From the NCBI GenBank assembly GCA_023391285.1, contig JAEWBF010000055.1:6705-70704 (forward strand): DNA of 64,000 bases. The letters run 5' to 3'. The DNA comes from Verrucomicrobiota bacterium (GTDB lineage Bacteria > Verrucomicrobiota > Verrucomicrobiia > Opitutales > Opitutaceae). Below are positions 57,127 through 64,000 of the stretch, piece by piece. The notes under the pieces are model-generated. The model worked only from the letters and a program-made list of their open reading frames with translations. It had not been told where the DNA came from and did no database searches. Each line of letters starts with the position of its first letter. The stretch's first letter is position 1. A program made the translations under genes and the position numbers.

Positions 57127-60100
57127 ATGACCATCCTGTGTTCTCGCCTTGGCGCTCGCTTTCGCAGCGCCTTGTTTCTCCTCGCCACGTGTTTGCTGCT
57201 CTCAGGGGTGGCGCGCGGGCAGAATCTCAACCTCCTAAAGAATGGGGGATTCGAGCTGTCGACGTTCAATGCGAATGCGACTGCAGCGGGTTTCGGTGCT
57301 ATCGACGGCTCGGTGCCGTCCAATCCGCTTCGTGCCTCCGCGCAGAACTGGACGTGGTCCCCCGATCCCAGCGTGCCGGTCAGCCAAGCCGATCCCTATT
57401 CGACGGCGGTCTATATCTACCAGTCCGGCGGGCTCCCGGAAGGAACCAAGGCAGCTAATTTCGGTGGCGGCAGCGCTCACGGCGGCGGCTCGCTCAGCCA
57501 GAGCTTCGCGGCCACACCCGGCTCGAGCTACCGGGTGAGTTTCTGGGTGCAACGGGTGGGGAGCAGCGAACCGATCAGCGGCGTCGTCACGATCCGCAAC
57601 AACGCCAACGGCTCCAACGTCACCACGCAGCCGGTAAACATGAGCGGCGCGCCGTCCGGCCAATGGATCCAGCGCACGTTTACCTTTGTGGCGCCTTCCA
57701 ATTCGCTCACGTTGACGTTCTCGGACACCACCCCGCTGAACAGTGCTGGCAACACCGATCTCGCCGTCGACAACTTCGTCATCGAGACCCTCGCGCCCAA
57801 AAACCTCACGATCCTCGGCGCCAGCGGCTCGCCCGGCTCGATCGAGCCCAACACGGACTATTCGAAAGACGGCGGTCTTACGTGGTATCCCGCGTATCTG
57901 TTCACGGGCCACCCCTGGGGCAACATCCCCGGCACGAATGCGTGGTTGAATCAACATCCGAGTCCCTTCGTCGGCCTCAACGAGAACGTCGATTTCCGCA
58001 TTCGTTTCTATGTCCCGGAAAATGCGCTCGCCGCGCACATGACCTATCAGGTCAACGCCGACAACGAAGCCGACATCCTGATCAACGGCACGCTGGTTGC
58101 GCACACCGTCGGCGGCAGCATCAGCTCCGGCACGATCCCGTCGCAGTATCTGGTGCCCGGCATCAACACGATCTACGTTCGTCTCATCGATTACGGCGGC
58201 TGGGTGGGCTTGAACTACCGCATCGACATCTCGGCCGACTCCGCCGATCCGCTTCAACGGATCTCGCCCCCGCCGTCGATCACGAGCCCGCTCACCGCGA
58301 ACGGCACGGTCGGAACGCCTTTCAGCTACACCATCCAGGCGACCAATTCACCCTCGACCCGCACGGCGAGCAACCTGCCCCCGGGCCTCACCGTGAACTC
58401 ATCCTCCGGAGTAATCTCCGGCACGCCGACCGTCGCCGGCGTTTACAATGTCGCGCTTTCCGCCACCAACAACTTCGGCACCGGCAACAACACGCTCGTT
58501 ATCACGATCGGGAAGGGCGCCGCGACGGTTACGTTGGGCAGCCTCGTCCATACTTACGACGGCTCCGAAAAGTCAGCGTCCGCCACCACCAACCCGGCCG
58601 GACTGCCTGTCAACTTCAGCTACACCGGTGCAACGCTTCCTCCGATCAACGCCGGCACTTATGGCGTTTTCGGCGCCATCAATCACGCGAACTACGCCGG
58701 CTTCAGCAACGGCACGCTGCTGATCCAAAAAGCTCCAGCTTCGGTTTCGTTCAGCAATCTGGTGCAACCCTACAACGGCTCCGCCAAATCCGTGACCGTC
58801 ACCACGTCACCCGCTGGCCTGGCCACGCAGGTGACCTACAACGGTTCGACCAGCGCGCCGAGCGCGATCGGCACCTATGCGGTCGCAGCCACCGTCACCA
58901 ATCCGAACTACACCGGCAGCGGATCGGCGACACTCACGATCACCGACACCATCAAACCGGTGATCGCGCTGCCCTCCGCTCCGATCGTCGTCGAAGCCAC
59001 CGGCCCCAGCGGCGCAAACGTGCCGTTCACCTTGAGCGCCGAGGACAACATCGACGGCCCCGTCAGCGTCACCCCATCGCACGCGTCCGGAAGCCTGTTC
59101 CCGCTCGGCAACACGCTCGTGACCGTCAACGCCGAGGACGCTGCTGGCAACGTCGCCTCCGCGTCGTTCACCGTGTCGGTCGTCGATACAACGGCTCCCA
59201 CGATCCTGATGAGCCCGACCGCTCAGACGAACGTGCCGATCACGAACGCGAGCTTCGAACAGAACTTCACGTGGGATCACGATCACAGCATCCCCGGGTG
59301 GACGCTCACCGGAGTGGCCGGCGTCGTGTATGTTCCCGCTCTTCCGGGCCGCTATATCACGGGTGTCGCACCTGAGGGCCGCCAGGTCGGCTTCGTTAAC
59401 GACGGAGCGATTTCGCAAACGCTCCCGATCACCTTGCAGGCCGGCAAAACCTACACGCTGTCCGGCTTCGTCGGGCGCCGTAGTGACGATCCCATTACAA
59501 CCGGCCGCCTCGCGCTCGTCACGAGCTCCGGCGTCGTGTTGGCCCAGGCAGATTCCGCGCCCGACCAGGCCCTCGCCACGTTCGCTCATCATTCGACGTC
59601 GTTCACGGCCACCGCCACCGATCCGAATCTCGGCGCGACGCTGAAGATCGTCCTCACGAACACCAGCAATCAGCAGGTCAACTTCGACGCCATCACTCTG
59701 ACGGTCGGCGACACGCCGGTCTCGGCTCCAAGTGACATCGTGACCGAGGCCACCTCCAGCCAGGGTGCGGTCGTCAACTACACCGCGACCGCTTTTGACA
59801 TCGTTTCGGGCACGCTCTCCGTGAGCAGCGGACCGGTTTCCGGCAGCACGTTCCCGATCGGCTCCACGGCCGTGGCGCTCGAGGCGATCGATCCCGCCGG
59901 CAATGTCGGAACCGCCACGTTCAACGTCATCGTGCGCGACACGACTGCTCCGACGCTGAACATCCCCGCCAATCAAACGATCGAAGCCACCAGCGCCGCG
60001 GGCGCGGTCGCGACGTTCGACGTCACCGCGAACGATGCCGTCGGCGCTCTCGTGTCCACGAGCGTTCCGTCCGGCAGCGTCTTCCCGCTCGGCACGACGA

Positions 60101-62625
60101 CCGTCGAGGTCAGTGCGATCGACGAAGCCGGCAACGAGTCGACCGGATCGTTCACGATCACCGTGATCGATTCCACGAAGCCGCTGCTGCAGCTTCCGGC
60201 AAATCTGGTGATCGAAGCCACCGGTCCGGCGGGCGCGATCGCCACGTTCAGCGCCTCGGCGACCGATCTCGTCGACGGCAACCTTTCGGTTTTGCTCGCT
60301 CCGGAATCCGGCAGCGTCTTCCCGATCGGCACGACCGCCGTGCAGGCGACCGCCACGGACTCCACGGGCAACACCGTGTCGGACATTTTCACCGTCACCG
60401 TCGTTGATACGACGGCTCCGGTCATCGCGCCGCTCGATAATCTGATCGTCGAAGCGACGAGCGCCGCCGGTGCCGTGGTCGAGTTCTCACCGAGCGCGCT
60501 CGATATCGTGAACGATGCGGTGAGCGTCACGGCCTCGCCTGCGTCCGGCAGCACGTTCGCTCTCGGCGAAACGATCGTCACACTCACGGCCACTGACGCC
60601 GCCGGCAACACGGCCACGACGACCTTCACCGTCACCGTGGTCGATACGACCGCGCCCACGATCGCGACGCCGGCCAACATCATCGCTGAAGCGACCAGCG
60701 CCGACGGCGCCACCGTGATCTTCGATCTCTCCGCCAGCGATCTCGTCGACGGAGCCGTGGCGGTCGATTCGAGCCATGCGTCCGGAAATGTCTTCCCGAT
60801 CGGCACGACCGTCGTGACGCTTTCGTCCGAAGACGCTGCAGGCAACCGGGCCGAGAGTTCGTTCACCGTTCTGGTGCGCGACACCACCGCGCCCGTCATC
60901 GCGCCGCTCGACGATCTCGTCATCGAAGCGACGAGTGCTGCCGGTGCGACCGCGACTTTCGTCGCGAACGCGACCGACGCCGTCGGTGCGACCGTTTCCT
61001 ATAGCATCGCTCCCGGCAGCACGTTCGCGCTCGGCACCACGACGGTCACCGTCACCGCCGCAGACGCCGCCGGCAACACGTCGACGGCTTCGTTTGCGAT
61101 CGTCGTGCGCGATACGACTGCTCCCGCGCTCTTCCCCCCGACCGGCCAAACGCTCGAAACGACGAGCGCCGCCGGGGCGGTCGCCACCTATACGGCGAGC
61201 GCGTTCGATATCGTGAGCGGCAGCGTTCCGGTCTCGTTCAACATCGAACCGGGCAGCACGTTCCCGCTTGGCACGACCACCGTGACGGCGAGCACGATCG
61301 ACCCCGCCGGTAACGCCGCGTCGGCGGTATTCTCCATCGTGGTCGTCGACACGACCGCTCCGGTGATTGTCACGCCGGCCAACATCGTTCTCGAAGCGAC
61401 CGGTCCTGCCGGCGCGGTGGCCACGTTCGCGCCGAGCGCGTCCGACATCGTCAGCGGCAACGTCGCGGTCTCTTCGAGCAACGCTTCGGGCAGCGTCTTC
61501 CCGCTCGGTGTCACCACCGTTTCGCTGATCGCCACGGACGCGGCCGGTAACAGCAGCTCCTCGGCCTTCACGGTAACCGTTGTCGATACGACTGCGCCGA
61601 CGCTGACCGTGCCGGCCAACATCTTGGTCGATTCGACTACGGTGATGGGCGCGACCGTGACCTTCAGTGTCGCGGCCAGCGATATCGTCGACGGCACGCT
61701 CGCACCGACGTTGAGCAAGGCTTCCGGCACGCTCTTCCCGATCGGAGCCACGGTTGTTACTGCGAGCGTCACGGACGCTGCCGGCAACACGACGACGAAG
61801 ACCTTCACCGTCACGGTGCGCGCCCCCGCTGCGGCGCTGGTGAATCAGATCACGGCGATGAACGGCACCATCAACGGTTCCATTCAGCAACGCACCCACT
61901 ACGGCGTCACGCTCAACGGCGGCGCCAAGATCACGGGCGAGTTGCTCACGGTCGGCACGCCGACGACGCGGTTGAACGGCAAGCCGGACTTCGGCGGCAC
62001 GGTTGACAGCACCGGCAGCTCCAATCCGGCCGGTTACACGATCACGCTCAACGGCAACGCCAGCCTCGGCAAACTCGTGCGTCGTTACGATGCGACCGCG
62101 ATGCCGACGGTCGCCGCGCCGTCGAACCCCACCGGTTCGCGCAGCGTGAACATGAACAAGTCGTCCGACGCCATTGGATCGTGGGCTACGCTGCAGAACC
62201 TCACGCTCAACGGCAACGTGGGCAACGTCACGGTGCCCGCGGGCGTTTACGGCAACTTCACCGCCAACGGCGGCAGCGGCTTCACGCTCGGCGTGGCCGG
62301 TGCGACGACGCCGACGGTATATCACTTCCAGAACCTCACGTTGAACGGCAATAGCGCGTTCAAGGTCGTGGGACCGGTGATCGTGATCGTGAAGAACGGC
62401 ATCAATGTGAACTCCTCGATGGGCAACAGCGCCAATCCCGCGTGGCTCGACCTCCGCGTGAGCAACGGTGGCGTCACGTTGAACGGCAACGTGGAGTTCC
62501 AAGGCTATGTCACGGCGCCGTCCGGCACCGTCACGATCAACGGCAACAGCCGCCTGCAAGGCGGGCTCGTCGCCGACAAGCTCGTGCTCAACGGCAACAG
62601 CCTGCTGACGCTTCTGCACCGCTAA
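57127..62625 (+). CDS. Giant secreted HYR-repeat protein (CBM-like domains, He_PIG, 2 MBG-like, ~10 HYR, C-terminal beta-solenoid)
   Basis: Signal peptide from MTILCS...VARG|QNL; 'NLLKNGGFE'; ten 'DTTAP....P.N...EAT...GA...F...GS.FP.G.T.V...A.D.AGN' units; C-terminal 'TLNGN' rungs. Confidence 0.88.
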   Translation: MTILCSRLGARFRSALFLLATCLLLSGVARGQNLNLLKNGGFELSTFNANATAAGFGAIDGSVPSNPLRASAQNWTWSPDPSVPVSQADPYSTAVYIYQSGGLPEGTKAANFGGGSAHGGGSLSQSFAATPGSSYRVSFWVQRVGSSEPISGVVTIRNNANGSNVTTQPVNMSGAPSGQWIQRTFTFVAPSNSLTLTFSDTTPLNSAGNTDLAVDNFVIETLAPKNLTILGASGSPGSIEPNTDYSKDGGLTWYPAYLFTGHPWGNIPGTNAWLNQHPSPFVGLNENVDFRIRFYVPENALAAHMTYQVNADNEADILINGTLVAHTVGGSISSGTIPSQYLVPGINTIYVRLIDYGGWVGLNYRIDISADSADPLQRISPPPSITSPLTANGTVGTPFSYTIQATNSPSTRTASNLPPGLTVNSSSGVISGTPTVAGVYNVALSATNNFGTGNNTLVITIGKGAATVTLGSLVHTYDGSEKSASATTNPAGLPVNFSYTGATLPPINAGTYGVFGAINHANYAGFSNGTLLIQKAPASVSFSNLVQPYNGSAKSVTVTTSPAGLATQVTYNGSTSAPSAIGTYAVAATVTNPNYTGSGSATLTITDTIKPVIALPSAPIVVEATGPSGANVPFTLSAEDNIDGPVSVTPSHASGSLFPLGNTLVTVNAEDAAGNVASASFTVSVVDTTAPTILMSPTAQTNVPITNASFEQNFTWDHDHSIPGWTLTGVAGVVYVPALPGRYITGVAPEGRQVGFVNDGAISQTLPITLQAGKTYTLSGFVGRRSDDPITTGRLALVTSSGVVLAQADSAPDQALATFAHHSTSFTATATDPNLGATLKIVLTNTSNQQVNFDAITLTVGDTPVSAPSDIVTEATSSQGAVVNYTATAFDIVSGTLSVSSGPVSGSTFPIGSTAVALEAIDPAGNVGTATFNVIVRDTTAPTLNIPANQTIEATSAAGAVATFDVTANDAVGALVSTSVPSGSVFPLGTTTVEVSAIDEAGNESTGSFTITVIDSTKPLLQLPANLVIEATGPAGAIATFSASATDLVDGNLSVLLAPESGSVFPIGTTAVQATATDSTGNTVSDIFTVTVVDTTAPVIAPLDNLIVEATSAAGAVVEFSPSALDIVNDAVSVTASPASGSTFALGETIVTLTATDAAGNTATTTFTVTVVDTTAPTIATPANIIAEATSADGATVIFDLSASDLVDGAVAVDSSHASGNVFPIGTTVVTLSSEDAAGNRAESSFTVLVRDTTAPVIAPLDDLVIEATSAAGATATFVANATDAVGATVSYSIAPGSTFALGTTTVTVTAADAAGNTSTASFAIVVRDTTAPALFPPTGQTLETTSAAGAVATYTASAFDIVSGSVPVSFNIEPGSTFPLGTTTVTASTIDPAGNAASAVFSIVVVDTTAPVIVTPANIVLEATGPAGAVATFAPSASDIVSGNVAVSSSNASGSVFPLGVTTVSLIATDAAGNSSSSAFTVTVVDTTAPTLTVPANILVDSTTVMGATVTFSVAASDIVDGTLAPTLSKASGTLFPIGATVVTASVTDAAGNTTTKTFTVTVRAPAAALVNQITAMNGTINGSIQQRTHYGVTLNGGAKITGELLTVGTPTTRLNGKPDFGGTVDSTGSSNPAGYTITLNGNASLGKLVRRYDATAMPTVAAPSNPTGSRSVNMNKSSDAIGSWATLQNLTLNGNVGNVTVPAGVYGNFTANGGSGFTLGVAGATTPTVYHFQNLTLNGNSAFKVVGPVIVIVKNGINVNSSMGNSANPAWLDLRVSNGGVTLNGNVEFQGYVTAPSGTVTINGNSRLQGGLVADKLVLNGNSLLTLLHR

Positions 62626-62672
62626 GACGAAATCGCGGATTGCCGCCGGCGAGCACGCTCGCCGGCGCAAAT

Positions 62673-62704
62673 AAAAAGAGCGGGTCTTCGGACCCGCTCT
62701 TTTT
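62673..62704. terminator. Bidirectional intrinsic terminator
   Basis: AAAAAGAGCGGGTC TTCG GACCCGCTCTTTTT between convergent genes. Confidence 0.9.
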
Positions 62705-62735
62705 GTTTACGCAAATTGGCGCGCGCGTCTCCGCC

Positions 62736-64000
62736 TCAGCTCACCGCCGCGACAGCCGCTGCCGGACGGATCACTTCCGTGAGCGTGTCGCGCAGCGCCT
62801 GCAGCCGCGGCGTGTCGACGGGCTGCGATGGTTCGGAGCTTTCGATGTAGAATGTATCGATCGCCACGCCGCGCTCGGTGCCGATGCGTGCGAACGTGAT
62901 ATCGAATCCTTGATCGGAGATGATCTTCGCCAGCCGGTAGAGCAGGCCGATCTGGTCGCGCGCCTGGATTTCCACGATCGTCCGCTGCATGGCCAGTTCG
63001 TGGTAGACTTCCACCGTCGGCGGAAACGAAGTGTGCAACGCTTCACCGTTGCTCGTGGCCGTGTAGCGGCTGGCCGCATGCTTCTTCGCCTGCGCGACGA
63101 TGTCCGGGTAGAGGTCCTTGTTCGCAACGAGCGCCGTCTCGATCGTGCGCGCAAACGTTTCTTGCGCGGACGTGCTTTGGACAACGCCTCGGCCGGGCTC
63201 GACCACGTAGAAGGTGTCGATGGCGATGTGATCCGAACGCGAGATCACCTTCGCGCCGAGGATGCTGAGCCCCGCGACGCTGAAGGCGCCTGCAAGTTTG
63301 TAGAACAACCCCGCGCGATCCCACGTAACGACATCGACCACAGTGAGCGAACGGTTCAGGTCATCGTGCCAGTCGATGATCGGTTTGAGCGTGCCGACGG
63401 AGTCCGCGGTGGCGATGGACTTCAGCAGCTTGTTGACCATCTGAATGTGCAGCGCGATGTCATCCGGCTCCGTCTGGATGAAGTAGCGCTCGGGGAGCAG
63501 CCCGAAATGAGCGACAATCTCTTCGGAGCTGACGCCGGGGATCTGGCGGGCGATGAGTTCCTGTTGAGTCATTTGCTTCTTCGTTTCGTAAGTGGCGTGA
63601 ACGGCTTCGCCCAGATTCAGATGCTCCAGCGTAGCGCGAAAGAGTCGGGTGTGAAGGGTATCTTTGTAACTGTTCCAGAGGCTCGCGGCCGTGCCGCGCG
63701 CATCGCAGAACGTGTGAACATAAAGATTCCGCAGGCGCTCGGGGTTGCCCACGATTTCGGCGAATGCGGCGGCGGTGTTGGGATCATCGACGTCTCGTTT
63801 CTGCCAGAATCGTGCCATCACCAGATGATTTTTGATGACGAATTCGATGAGTTCACGGCTGTCCGCGTTGATGCCGAGTCGCTCCAGAATGGGTCGCGCA
63901 ATCGTAACACCTTTTTCTGCATGGCCCTGAATGCCGTCGGCCTTGCCGATGTCGTGGAGGAGCAGCGTGAGATAGAGCAGCGCCGGATCGTCGGTCTCGT
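62736..64000 (-). CDS. glnD: [Protein-PII] uridylyltransferase, 3' part (HD domain + two ACT domains); 5' end outside the window
   Basis: 'LLHDIGK' near 63945-63965, 'HLVMARFWQKRDVDDP', 'WNSYK', 'WDRAGLF..GLSILGAKV', 'RDQIGLLY..ARIGTERGVAIDTFY'. Confidence 0.92.
   Translation of the reverse strand, partial: ETDDPALLYLTLLLHDIGKADGIQGHAEKGVTIARPILERLGINADSRELIEFVIKNHLVMARFWQKRDVDDPNTAAAFAEIVGNPERLRNLYVHTFCDARGTAASLWNSYKDTLHTRLFRATLEHLNLGEAVHATYETKKQMTQQELIARQIPGVSSEEIVAHFGLLPERYFIQTEPDDIALHIQMVNKLLKSIATADSVGTLKPIIDWHDDLNRSLTVVDVVTWDRAGLFYKLAGAFSVAGLSILGAKVISRSDHIAIDTFYVVEPGRGVVQSTSAQETFARTIETALVANKDLYPDIVAQAKKHAASRYTATSNGEALHTSFPPTVEVYHELAMQRTIVEIQARDQIGLLYRLAKIISDQGFDITFARIGTERGVAIDTFYIESSEPSQPVDTPRLQALRDTLTEVIRPAAAVAAVS

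Noticed and set aside
58940..61820. Regularly spaced DNA repeats resembling an array
   Set aside because: Coding HYR domain repeats, not CRISPR; no cas genes, rRNA or tRNA recognised in the window

Overview
GC-rich bacterial DNA. The gene repertoire suggests Opitutaceae/Verrucomicrobiota (inferred from TonB receptors without SusD partners, multiple LacI paralogues, and secreted proteins ending in a duplicated 'RLxxxSxRG...AEIYD/E' domain). About 1-38.8 kb is a polysaccharide-utilisation-like region: two TonB-dependent receptors, SSS and MFS transporters, GH78 x2, GH140-like, GH36/Sip1-like, a tandem beta-propeller GH, a beta-helix protein, two sulfatases, two esterases, uxuA, three LacI regulators, and a large Big_2 + clan-A GH-like gene missed by the ORF track. 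38.9-40.5 kb is a complete IS110-family element inserted at a CT core inside a REP-like palindrome. Its 273-nt non-coding left end contains a bridge-RNA-like structure whose four guide segments map onto the element's own ends and onto the REP target; this is the main finding. 40.6-46 kb is a hexuronate/KDG catabolic cluster (kduD, kduI, two oxidoreductases, kdgK). 46-62.6 kb holds three regulator + large secreted protein modules, followed by the 3' part of glnD. Several unrelated short palindromic repeat families occupy intergenic spaces. No rRNA, tRNA or CRISPR array was seen. All family calls are by motif recognition, not database search.
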